Shown here: in pieces, positions 1-11,953 of the stretch
Layout of the letters: each line of letters begins with the position of its first letter
Position numbering within the stretch: position 1 is the first letter of the stretch
The notes under the pieces: generated by a model
Database searches by the model: none
The model's input: the letters and a program-made list of their open reading frames with translations, nothing else
What the model was told of the DNA's origin: nothing
Program-made: the position numbers and the translations under genes
NCBI RefSeq assembly: GCF_001194135.2
Contig: NC_068984.1
Span: forward strand, 140,418,915-140,482,914
Origin: Octopus bimaculoides
Taxonomy: Eukaryota
Direction of reading: 5' to 3'
DNA: 64,000 nucleotides

Positions 1-40
<40 letters not shown>

Positions 41-695
41 ATGTATATATATATATAGATATATTTTAATATATATATATATATATAAAGATATATTATA
101 TATATATAGATATATCATATATATATATATCATATACACACACATATATATATATATAATATTCGTAGATATAAGTTTTTAGATCACTACCCCCATAACC
201 CTAAAGAGCAATCAAACAGCCTTTTTTGTTTTAGTTATTTTTTTCTTTCTTGTTGTTGTTGTTGTTTTTTTTTTCCATTAATCATAGACAACGTGTGGAA
301 ACTGCCTCTTCCATTATTCCAATTTCATTGTTGTAGTTTTTCCCTAGATATGATAAAGTCAGTAAATGTTTCTTTTTGTTAAACGTCTGTTTTAGAGAGA
401 AGGAATTTTTATTTAGTGTGTCCATATGCTGGTGCATGTGTTTGTTGTTGTTGTTGTGTTTGTTGCGTGCATGTGTGGGTGTGATATGTCTGAGCAATCA
501 TGTATATTATGGATGTTTCCTTTAAAAAAATGTCTTTTTCTGTGTGTGCACATGTTTGTGTATGTCAATCTGAGCATGACTGCAGTACAATGTATTGGTG
601 TGTGTGTATATGTATGCATATATATGTCTGTGGGTGTGTGCAAGTGTTATTTTCTTTTCCTCCCTCATTTCGACTTAGTGGATATAGGTTCAAGC
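1..695 (-). other. probable YTHDF 3' UTR, continuing beyond the window
   Basis: Downstream of the candidate stop. Low-complexity CA/TA-rich sequence without recognisable SINEs. Polyadenylation site not determined. Confidence 0.5.
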
Positions 696-752
696 CTAAT
701 CTACTTGAGAATCTTTCTGCCGCTGATTGGTAGAGACCGCTCCTCGCCTTTC
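696..752 (-). CDS. YTHDF: YTHDF candidate terminal coding exon (ERRGAVSTNQRQKDSQVD*)
   Basis: Strong CTCTTTCTACTTTTGCAG|GAA acceptor in phase 0, matching the exon 4 donor. Begins with ER like vertebrate last exons (ERQGRGK, ERNRNKQ). TAG stop at 698-696. Confidence 0.75.
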   Translation of the reverse strand, partial: ERRGAVSTNQRQKDSQVD

Positions 753-1599
753 CTGCAAAAGTAGAAAGAGATTTAATGTAAAAATAATTCTGAGACAATA
801 ACTAACATAACAACACATCAACAAAATAACAGATCTCCCCCCCCCGTCCACCCAACCCCTTTGTCACACCGCTTCCTATTGTTTTTACTGACACCTAATT
901 TCCTCAGGCCAAATCGCAAAGGGTTGTGAGGTTAAAATGACAGATTTTAGTGTTTAAGCAGGATACTAGAATCCTCGTCGAACCCCTAGCATGCTGATTC
1001 TCATATCAGAGTCAGTCAGAGATGCAAATTCCAAACGGAGACGTTAAGCCAAGAACCAAGAGGTACCAAAGTAAATCCCTAGCAAAGACAAAAGTTTCAC
1101 CTGGCGGAAGAGAAGGTGAGATTCTCCTGTCATTTGACAAGTGGCTGTGTTCAATACACGGAAAAGGAATAAGTAGGAATTTCATATGATGTGCTCAATG
1201 AACATTTCGGATGCACAAGCGATATACTGAGATCATAGACAAAGTTTGACAAAGAAGGAAGACTTTGTATGTAGTAGGTGGATGCCAGTAGTTAAGAGCT
1301 AAGAGCACCAGAAAAAAAATTCTTTCAGATGTTAATAAGGTTTCTTTTATAAGTAATTGATAGCTTCTAATAAGTAGATGACTTAATCTGCAATGGTTGT
1401 GGGTGCTCCACAGCACAGTATGATAAGGGTAGAATGGAAAATGCACAGGCAGCTAGGGCTTTTGTGAGCAACAAAAAGTCTCTCTCTCTTTAAAGGAAGA
1501 AGCAGATTGTATGATACTTGAATGAAAAATGTGATGTTGTATACTAGGGAGACAATGAATACTGACTGTGGAGGACGTATGAAAGGAAGAAAAGCATCA

Positions 1600-1830
1600 T
1601 CATCGTTTAACATCTGTTTTTCATGTTTGCATGGGTTTGTCAGGAGCTGATAAACTGGAGGGTAGCACCAGGCTCCAGTTGTCTGTTTTAGCATGGTTTC
1701 TACAACTGGAAGCCCTAATGCCAACCACTTTATAGAGTGCATTGGTTGCTTTTACGTGGCACCAGCATGGGTGCGGTTTATGTGGCATTGGTGCTTTTTA
1801 CGTGGCACCGGCATTAAATTAATGTGCCTG
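1600..1830 (-). mobile_element. RTE-tail repeat copy (others at ~5980-6130, 19720-20010, 28455-28690, 48590-48700)
   Basis: Shared CATCATCGTTTAAC...CCATGC...GGATGCCCTTCC...GCCAACCAC segment. Boundaries approximate. Confidence 0.65.
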
Positions 1831-3086
1831 TGCTGAATAAAAAAAAACAAACTAGATATAAGAGCAATGAGATGTAGTGAGCAAGAGAAGACCGAGTTGG
1901 TACAGACATTGGGATACAAATCAAGGATGATCATTGGAATGACAGAAAGGTCAAGAGATTTAAAAGGAAGGAAACTGTGGATGAGGAAGTTCAAGAAAGA
2001 TTTGTTTGACCCATACAAGGCCTGGGGAAATAAATACAAAAATTATGTTAATTGACCACACAAAGATCTTTTGTACAATAGAGAGAGAAAATGTAGAAAG
2101 ACGTTAAAGAAAAAACCATTTTGTTGCTGAATTAAATCGGTCAACTACCTGTAATTGCTATCACTCAATGAATCATAAGTGGTTGTGGAATCTTCCATTC
2201 TCACCCAATAAAAGTATCAAGAGGCAAGTCCAACTGGAAGGGGAGGGGGAAGAGGTAGAAGGATAGATCACAAATAGTAAGTGAAAGCAAAACAATACTT
2301 AAAAGGTAACAGAACTTTAAAAAAAACAATCAATCTGACAAAGAGGTTAAGAATGGCAATTAATTCAAATGAATCTTTCTTGTTCCTTTTAGAATTATTT
2401 AGATTTAAACAGAAGAACTAGAGATATTTTAACACTAATTTCTTGTCTTCTATACCAAAAATTTCTGAGATTATACCTTTATTATTATTGTTGTTATTCC
2501 GAGGTCAACTTTGCCTTTCATCTTTTCGGGGTCGATAAATTAAGTACCAGTGAAACACTGGGGTCAATGTAATCGACTAGTCCCCTCCCGCAAAATTTTA
2601 AGGCCTTGTGCCTTTAATATAAAGGTTTATTATTATTATCACTGTTATTATCATTTTCAGTAGAAAGCGAGCTGGCAGAATCATGAGCATGTTGGACAAA
2701 ATCTTTATGCATTATTGCAGGCCTTGTGCAAAACTTTGAAATCATCATTATTATTATTAAAGCTTGTTTCACATTTCATTACAAACCAAAACTACATTTA
2801 TTCCACTCAGTCCAATTTTTTTCAAAAGTAGCTTTGCTACGACCATTTACTGCTATAAAAGTTTGATCTATTGACCCGAGACTAACCTTTCTATCGAAAA
2901 TATTTAGTTAAACAAGAGACCAATGGTGACAGTAACCCAGTCTGGTTCCAATTTTGCAGCTTTCTGCCTCATGAACTGTTATACCACCGAATGTGTGGTA
3001 TGACAGTTCATGAGGCTGAAGACATTAGAACCATATACTCTCAATAAAAGAAGGAATAGTAACAGCTAGTGTTGATCCAATTAAGG

Positions 3087-3776
3087 CAGGGGTTACCAAA
3101 GGGGGTCCGAGGGAGCCCCTAGGTTGGTAAGGGATTACAGGGACTCGATGATAGCCAAAGGGTCGAATGGGGATGGGCATGCGAAAGACCAGCTCACCCA
3201 GACGAACTGCTTGAAATACTTAGTCAGCGCCATGCTCATCCCTTAAATTGATATTGTCAATTTTAATAAAAGGCATTCCGGCGATATGATGCATCTTTCA
3301 CATTTTCTAACCATGAAAACAATTTCATAAAAATCGAAAGTTTAATACTGTATACTCATACATGTAATTTTAAATGTAAAAAGTGTGACATTTGCAACAG
3401 AATTTCTTAATTTGTCATACATGTATATTTTAGCTAACATTTTAATTGCCGGCATCAGCACCCAGTATGCATTTAAGAGATGATACGGTAAGGTATTTAG
3501 ATATTTCAAATGAGGAGGGTGGTCCATGTAGAAGAAGTGGCTAGGGGNNNNNNNNNNNNNNNNNNNNNNNNNNNNNNNNNNNNNNNNNNNNNNNNNNNNN
3601 NNNNNNNNNNNNNNNNNNNNNNNNNNNNNNNNNNNNNNNNNNNNNNNNNNNNNNNNNNNNNNNNNNNNNNNNNNNNNNNNNNNNNNNNNNNNNNNNNNNN
3701 NNNNNNNNNNNNNNNNNNNNNNNNNNNNNNNNNNNNNNNNNNNNNGTCAATGGTCGAAAAAGTTTGGCAACCCTTG
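3087..3776. mobile_element. hAT-superfamily non-autonomous element (contains a 198-N gap)
   Basis: TIRs CAGGGGTTACCAAA and TTTGGCAACCCTTG (12/14 match). 8-bp TSD AATTAAGG/AACTAAGG. Confidence 0.7.
3548..3745. other. assembly gap (others: 7139-7148, 7803-8003, 18461-18498, 18783-18792, 30795-30804, 55980-56074)
   Basis: Runs of N. Confidence 1.
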
Positions 3777-4547
3777 AACTAAGGTTTATCCCTAAATGAG
3801 ACCACACACCTGCTCAAGCAAATCATCATCAGTCACAGACATCACAGATACAATATAAATGCAGTAATGCTTTTGAACTGACATAGTGTAAAGGTGTCCT
3901 CATTAATCTCATAATTATACACAGAAATGTGAGAGTTTATAAGTAATGAAGCATAACAAAATTAAACTCTTCTCATCAGCCTAGAGTTTAGAAGATGTGT
4001 GTGTGTGTGTGTGTGTACAATTGTTGCTTGTTTTTCTTACCAGTTAAGCAGTGAATGAAAGAATGTTAGTGACATGGGATACAAAATCACAAACCCATTG
4101 AAATGCCAACAGTAGTACATCCACAGGACAAAGCTACAACTAGCCATTAAATGTTTAAAATCATTGAATCAGTGTAAATATTCCTGTAAAAAGGTGACTT
4201 TTCAGGCTAGCTTAAATAATGTGTGTGTGAAAAAAGAGCAAGGAAATATAGAAAAAATGTGATACCCAACGACCAAACAAATTTCTTTTATTATTTAACA
4301 CCATTGTTAGAAACAAAAAAGAAAAAGAACAAAACAGAAAAAGTCCTTATATTTCAGTAACTCCTAGAAAAAACTTTCTAAATAAAGAGTAGTTGGTGGC
4401 TAAAACTACTCATAAAATCACAAAGGCCATAATTAAATGAAAAGATTTTATTTGCCCCCTTTTTCCGCCCTTAAACGAATCCAGTTTGTAATAACGAATA
4501 TGTGTGCTGAACAATGAAAGCAAAATAACTAGCTTTAAAAAAAAACA

Positions 4548-4550
<3 letters not shown>

Positions 4551-4642
<92 letters not shown>

Positions 4643-4660
4643 GAAAGAGAGAGAGAGAGA
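4551..4660. repeat. compound (TA)n-(GA)n microsatellite
   Basis: Direct reading. Confidence 0.95.
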
Positions 4661-6606
4661 GCAGGGGAACAAAATTGTGAGGATAGAAGAAAAAAAAAGG
4701 AAAAGAAAACAAAGCAAAAAGCAATCCAGCTGCTGGGAGAAAGAGGTGGGGGAAGAGAGGATGTATTGAGGCTAATCGATATTTCAATAGAACTATATAA
4801 CAAGGAACCTACACAGTTATAGAATAGGAAAATGTCAATAATCCACCTAATTAGAACAACCAGGTTTAAGAGAAAAAACAGGGCAAAACTGTAGACAAAT
4901 AATTTACTGGTTCATCAAATAGTAGAGTATTACACTGCGTGAGATGGTAAGATGATGACACCAGGAAGACAGGCAGCAAAGTTAAAGAAGAGATGTGAAT
5001 AGACCCAGCATAGAATGACAAGTGGGAAGTGAACACAGGCTTCAGAGTCAGTATCAATAAAACTATATCGGATAATTATCTGCTAATTTATGATTTAATT
5101 ACATCATATGCATACACACCCAGCAACACATGCATGCACAGAGCTGGATCTGAATGGATTAACTTCTGCCTATTTCTCTCTCACACAGAGTTATATTGAG
5201 TTTTCAACAATCACCCTCAAATTACATAATAAATGCATTGATAATCAGGTCAGAGTATCAACAATCAGATTTGTAAATGTACACTGTATCTGATATCTAA
5301 TTATAGTTTTTCTATGCAAACATGGGTTAAGTGTGAGTGTGTGTGTGTGTGTGTGTGGTGGTGATGGGAGTATTTGGGATCAGATGTCATTTCTGTTGTC
5401 AACCCTCACTCAAAGAGACTTTTTTTTTTTTAAATTACATTGGCAGAAAATCTGTCTTAATAATTCTGCCTGATGCATGTGAGCATGGAAACGTGGACAT
5501 TAAATGATGATGGTTTATGAGAATGCAGAGCAACCAGTTGTGTCAACAAGCAAGATAAATAATATCACCCTTTCACTCAGATGGGACAAGCGAAACTAGA
5601 ATGTCAACATTGATGCACACACACACACACACAGATAATATGATGTGGCTGCCATAAAGCTTCAACCAATCAATTCCACTTGCAAGATACTGGTCGAATC
5701 AGAGCTAGAGAACACACATATCTGCCTAAGGAGCAGTGGAAATGAACCTGGTATAGTTTGGCTCTTAACCACACACTCATGTTTGCACCTGTGTGTGCGT
5801 GTATATGCATGTGCATATATGTGCAATGGGTTTGGGCTAAAATGAAGATCGGTGCATATTGTAAATGAACCTTAAAATGGTTTCAATATGCAATCTCAGA
5901 TGTTCTCTCTTGCTGAGAAGACATAAATAGATTTCAGAGATAAAAGAAGAATCGTTAACTACACACATACACTCTGCAGAGCGGTTGGTGTTAGGAAGAG
6001 CATCCAGCCCTAAAAACCATACCAAAAGCAGACAACAAAGCATGGTGCAGTCTTCTGTGTAGCCAGCTCCTCTCAAACCATCCAACCCATGCCAGCATGG
6101 AAAGCAGACGTTCAACAATGATGATGATGACACATAACAGATTAAATTATTTCAAGTTAATTGTGTTTATCGATGTTTTACATACATCTTTATAACACTT
6201 CAGTCGGTTTCTTTCTTGCCACAGGTTTGCTCAAGCAAGTAGGGCCACTGAAGACATGTGTTACTACAAAATCACTTTTGCAGGCATGGCTGCATAGTTA
6301 AGAAGCTTGCTTTCCAACCATGTGGTTTTGGATTCAGTCCCACTGCACAGCACCTTGGGCAAATGTTTTCTACTATAGCTTCAGGACAAACAAATCATTG
6401 AGAAGTAACAAGTGTCAGTTCTCGTTTATATATTATTAGTGTAATGAGTTCTTCAGACAGAAATCTAGGAGGTTAATTCTTTTGCTGAATCAACTATCAA
6501 AATATTAATACTTTCTTTTAATCAATCACTGAAGAATGAAAAGCAATTTAGTGAATTTGAATTCACATTCTACAGATTTAGCCATTTTCACAGGCTTTAT
6601 AATTGC

Positions 6607-6772
6607 TGTATTTACTGGCACATAAGCTGCACCCCCAATTAAATGTTAAATCTTGGTACAAAACATTTTCTCTTTATAATTTTAGCTTTGCCTTATGAAT
6701 AAATCACACCCCAGTATTTTCAGTTAAAATCAAGTATAAAATAGTGTGACTTTACACACAAATAACTATGGT
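6607..6772. mobile_element. old Tc1/mariner- or pogo-like MITE relic
   Basis: Degenerate ends CTGTATTTACTGGCACATAAG...GCAC and GTGTGACTTTTACAC...ACTATGG. Related fragments near 17880-17990 and 35105-35170. Confidence 0.35.
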
Positions 6773-7635
6773 ATCTTTATATTTACATAACACATCTTTG
6801 ACAAATATTTCAACTTACAGGGCGATTATTCTTCTTCATTGGAACTTCTGACTTCAAAGGTGCTACAGGCTCCTGTAGAAACAGAAACATATATTAGACT
6901 TTTCACAGCATATTGTAATCAATGCACATATTGTAATCATACTGTAATAAGAAAAGATTTTATAACTTTAACAACTTCAGTTGTAAGAAAGCTGACAACA
7001 CTTGTAAAGACTACTACATACATATATATATATAATTCCAAATTTTATTTAATTTGCTTTGCGGGAAGGATTGTTCCAACAAAGTCGTGTATTGTCCTTG
7101 CCTTCGAAACACAGAGTAGATGGAACAGGGACAATTGANNNNNNNNNNAAAAAAGATTAATGGTTTTTTTTTTTTTAATTTTACCAGCAAAGGTTTTGTC
7201 AGATATTTTCTTGATCGTCCCTTTTCATGCAAAGAATTCACTGCATCATTTGTGGAGGCAGAGGCCTTTGTATTTTTTCCTATCCACTAGTCCCATGTTA
7301 CATAAATCCACATCAAAAATACATAGGCTTGCAGCATGGTCATGTAAACACAAGCAAAAATTTGTGCCCTGTGGGTGGTCACTAGTATCATGTTCTTATA
7401 GATCAGTGATGAATGAGTCAGTGATAAATGACATCATGTCATGTTCCAGGGCAAAGCTGGTGTCTGTCTACCTTAACAAATTCCCACTTCTTGGTTGACT
7501 GGTTAATAGTTGAAGGAAAGGTACTAATCTGGGATTGGAAAAGAAATGCAGTGGAGTAACCATTGCATACATGTTAGCATTTCTTATGAAACAGATCTAA
7601 GTTCCAAATAAGAAGTTTTGTTGACTGCACCAGTC

Positions 7636-7759
7636 GGCACTGTCATGGTATTAGCTGTCAGAAGTGAAAGTAGAAAAATCTGACAAGGAACGTTACTGCT
7701 GGTTTGAGTTGATTTTTTGGCTACTGACAGCTAATACCATGACTGGCCGGAGCGAGCTA

Positions 7760-7792
<33 letters not shown>

Positions 7793-8347
7793 ATCTATCT
7801 ATNNNNNNNNNNNNNNNNNNNNNNNNNNNNNNNNNNNNNNNNNNNNNNNNNNNNNNNNNNNNNNNNNNNNNNNNNNNNNNNNNNNNNNNNNNNNNNNNNN
7901 NNNNNNNNNNNNNNNNNNNNNNNNNNNNNNNNNNNNNNNNNNNNNNNNNNNNNNNNNNNNNNNNNNNNNNNNNNNNNNNNNNNNNNNNNNNNNNNNNNNN
8001 NNNGTGGTCGATCCTATTATTTTTAAACTTCAAACTTCATTTGTTTTCTATTTTGATAAATTCTCTCTGTTGAAAATTATATTTTTATATTTTAAATAAT
8101 TTGCAATTTCAGAAAATATATTTTTATATTAAATTTGCGTTTTCTAATTTGATAAATTCTACGGACACAGAGGTGAACGAGTGATAGATAGATAGATAGA
8201 TAGATATAGAGACAGAGATAGTGAGATAGACAGACAGACAGACAGATAGCTCCGGCTAGTCAGTAGCCAAAGAATCAACTCAAACCAGCAGTAACGTTCC
8301 TTGTCAGTTCTACTTTCACTTCTGACAGCTAATACCATGACAGTGCC
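7636..8347. mobile_element. long-TIR MITE, Merlin-like (5'-GG termini, 8-bp TSD)
   Basis: Inverted arms over 100 bp beginning GGCACTGTCATGGTATTAGCTGTCAG. Perfect TSD CACCAGTC at 7628-7635 and 8348-8355. Centre is a microsatellite plus an N gap. Confidence 0.7.
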
Positions 8348-8922
8348 CACCAGTCCTGCTTAACCATTGAGATTAAATGTTTCTGCTGCAGTTTATTTCC
8401 TTTTAAAACTAAACACTCTTATAAATAACAGTACAAAGTTTCAGAGTTGTACTTTTTTTAACAAGTGACCTATATGCATGTATGTGTATAGATGTGATTA
8501 ATCACATTTATACAGATAGATACATATAAAATTTATCAACATTGTTTTTAGATTACTTTTGCACCCACCCTTTTAACAACATCTAGATAGCAGGAAGCTA
8601 ACTTCTAAAAACTTGTACCCAAATGAAATGTACTGGAGTACTTTGTTTATACATATGCATTGGAGCATGGACAAATTTAAAACTTTAAAAAAAAAGAAAA
8701 AATTTTTTTATACAAAGTTGTAAACAAAGAACTAAGACTTAGTTTGAAGTCAATAAGAATACAGGAGGTGCATAATTTCAGCAAAAGAAAAAAAACTGCA
8801 AGACCTCTAAATTTCAAACAGTTTCTGTGGAACTGTGTCACTGACCAGGTCACAGATGTGTGAGGAAAATTCTGACAGCTCAAGAAATAAGCATGAATTT
8901 AACAGCATATGTTAGCTTTTAA

Positions 8923-9143
8923 CCTTTTAGCATTCAGATTATTCTGTCAAATATAATGTTTGTTTATTCACAATGTTTTGAATGAATCCTGCATTATCTT
9001 GTAGCTTCGAGATTTCGATGATGTTATTGTTTATTTTTAAGATGACATTTACAAGGTAGGTATGAGAGGCTAGGTCTGGATGGCTTGAACAAAAAACAAG
9101 TAGAATATTTCGGCTGGATATGGTCAGTTTAAATGTTAAAGGG
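8923..9143 (+). mobile_element. piggyBac-like MITE, family 1 (other copies at ~13170-13378 and ~46085-46300)
   Basis: TTAA|CCTTTTAGCATTCAG...AAATGTTAAAGGG|TCAA. Same internal sequence recurs at the other two sites; the 46300 copy ends GCTAAAGGG|TTAA. Confidence 0.6.
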
Positions 9144-9446
9144 TCAAATAGCTAAACTAACTCTTCTGATGACATAAATGTAATAATGTTAAGTTATTAC
9201 ATTCGTTATTCATTAATTATTTGATAGTTTTATCTATCTCACCATTCGATAAAGTTTCAAGCTCTCAAAAACGTAAAATGAAGATATGATGATGTGAATC
9301 ACCAAATTGGAATGAAATGTTCTGACAATCAAACAGTTAAGGGTCTAGGAACACAACACAATGGTTCCTGGAGTCAAGGTTTTTGAATGTGTAACCATAT
9401 AGTTGGTCAGCAGTGTGTTTAAAAGATATTAAATCATAAAATTTAA

Positions 9447-9622
9447 CCCTCTGCCAATTTTTTTTCAACCACCAGAGTAACTTGGGACTTATGAAAGGAA
9501 AGTTTTATATTGCTCAGAACATAGAAAACAAAAGCTAACCTAAGGCTAGCCTTTGTTTTGTCTGAAAAACAAGCATGGAAATTTTGGACAAACTTATAAA
9601 AATGCTTTGGAAAGGCAAAGGG
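9447..9622. mobile_element. piggyBac-like MITE, family 2
   Basis: TTAA|CCCTCTGCC...GGCAAAGGG|TTAA. Confidence 0.6.
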
Positions 9623-11627
9623 TTAAAGGTAAAAATAAATAAATAAATATATAAAAAAACAATTATTTTTTGTAATTTCTGATATGGTTTCTGCAAGAAG
9701 CAATTCTGATTTGGAAGGGTTTACACTTGAAAAAAAATAACTGTGAATTGTCTTTAGATGAATTAGATATAAATATTCATCTACTAAGGAAGAATATTTT
9801 GAGAGCATAAGTGAAAATCCTCAAAATGCTTTTTAAAATTTTATGGCAATATAATCAAACAATACAACACCAATACATATTTTTCACTTTACAGAAAATG
9901 CAGAGGAACAGTTGAAATACACCTTAAGAGCAATATTCTGAAATGTCACCTTACCAAAAAACCAGTACTGACCCATTACTGATGTGAAGACAAGGAGAGA
10001 CAAATTCACACGCACACACACACACGACAGGCTTCATTCAGTTTCTTTGTACAAAATCCACTTACAAGGCTTTGTCCACCTGCAGTTATAGCAAGAAACA
10101 TTTGCCCTTGGTGCCAAGCATTTGGACCGAGCCCAAAACCATGCGTTTGGGAAGCAAACCTCTTAACCACACAGCCACTCCTGTGCCTACAAAACAGTGC
10201 ATGTTCACCTACAGAGAGCAGAATTTTATCAGCACCAATTTCTATTTTGGTATTTACCAACACTCAAGACGTGAATGCAAAAATAAAAACACACACAAGT
10301 GAAATTTAACCTCAGAACTGTAAGATAAACCTATCTAAATACATTTGACATCTTGTTGACCAACTTATTAATCTGTGATGGAAAATAATAACCACTGCTC
10401 TATCAAGACAAATTCAACAGAATTTCATTGGTTAACTTCCGATGATAGTTTATTAATTGAGAGATTTACATTTGTTTCAATTAATTACACACACACACAC
10501 AGAGGAAATTCAGTTACAACAGATTTTTGACTTGCAGTTACTATTCTTATATATAATAGTTATTAGTTGTATGGTAACTAGTTCAGCAAACGAGTCATTT
10601 CTCTCTCTCTCACACACACATACAAATAAGTACATACACATTTACAACAAAGTTGACTAAGGCAGGTAGAGTAATAAATAAATGTGACCGAGGCACAACG
10701 CAACACAGGCAGCAGAGTTTGAAAATAGGAATTCAGGATTAGATGTCTTGCTCACAAACAATAACAGCAATTCTACTGCAGTTCAATTCGTTAGACAAAA
10801 TTATAGCTCTGTTCTATTTAAGCAACAGTAAACAGCAAGCAAGTAAGCAAACAAGTCCAGTAAAATGCAAGTAAACAGAACTAGTACAAGTAGACATAAT
10901 ACAACCTCCTAACTCAATGCTATTATATTCAAGCTGTGTCCATAGTGCATGCATTATCATTATGAACCTGAAATCAGACACACATACACCTACACACACC
11001 GTAGATAACAATGCTTATCTTATAAGACATGTTAAGTTAATTCAAAAAGTTATTTTATTAACCAATTTGTTTTACTAAAGTCAATGTTTATTTGCTAAAT
11101 TTATATTTGTTAAATAAAAGCCTGCTTTTCTTTGATCAGATGCAGTGAGACTTTGAAATATTTTTGAAATAGTTAAAAACAAACACAGACATTTCTCTAT
11201 GTATTTTAAAATCAATACAACTTGAAAGAAATTAGAATTTCTTATGGTGAAATTTAAACTTTATTTCAGCAAGTGAAGGTCATTCAATACTGTACTACTT
11301 TTGCTGTCATGTTATAGGATTATTGTTAAATACATTTCTTTACAAACATTGGGAAAAATAACATATGTGCTTAGCCATGAATCCAACAGCTCTAGGATGC
11401 AAATTCACAGCTTAAATAACTAAGAAAAGAAGTCTACAAGTAAGTATGTGAGCACAGACAGATATTAAGGATTGAAAATTGAAAAGAGTGGATATTATTC
11501 ACAATTTCACTTATTAGCATTTTTGCATTTGTCCAAACTAGTATGAAACTTTTTATTTGGTTGGAATGTTTTGAAACTGATATTGAGAACCAAGTGTGGT
11601 ATTTTAATAACAGCAGCAGCATGCTGC

Positions 11628-11629
<2 letters not shown>

Positions 11630-11681
<52 letters not shown>
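11630..11681. repeat. (TTA)n microsatellite
   Basis: Direct reading. Confidence 0.95.
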
Positions 11682-11682
11682 G

Positions 11683-11953
11683 GACCAGCGTCACCTTCTA
11701 GCACTTGTGCTGGTAGGATGTTAGAAAATCACTCGAGCGAGGTCGTTGCCAGTGCCGCTGGACTGGCCCTCGTGCTGGTGGCACATAAAAGCACCCACTA
11801 CACTCTCGGGGTGGTTGGCGTTAGGAAGGGCATCCAGCTGTAGAAACTCTGCCAGATCAGATTGGAGCCTGGTGCAGCCTGCTGGCCTGCCAATCCTCAG
11901 TCAAATTGTCCAACCCATGCCAGCATGGAAAGCAGATGTTAAACGACGATGAT
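11683..11953 (+). mobile_element. RTE LINE 3'-UTR fragment
   Basis: Same tail family, ending GTTAAACGACGATGAT. Possible TSD ATTATTATGG. Confidence 0.8.

Noticed and set aside
1101-1144. 44-nt cassette exon using CAG|GTGAAA as donor
   Set aside because: Weaker acceptor and a non-consensus donor. The same AG scores better as an acceptor.
1867-2055. 62-aa ORF as a gene
   Set aside because: At most a faint echo of a LINE C-terminus next to an RTE tail; too degraded to call.
4410-4822. Long ORFs (IYIY, SLSL, ERER peptides)
   Set aside because: Translations of (TA)n and (GA)n microsatellites. The same applies to most 60-140-aa ORFs in the track, including those spanning N gaps.
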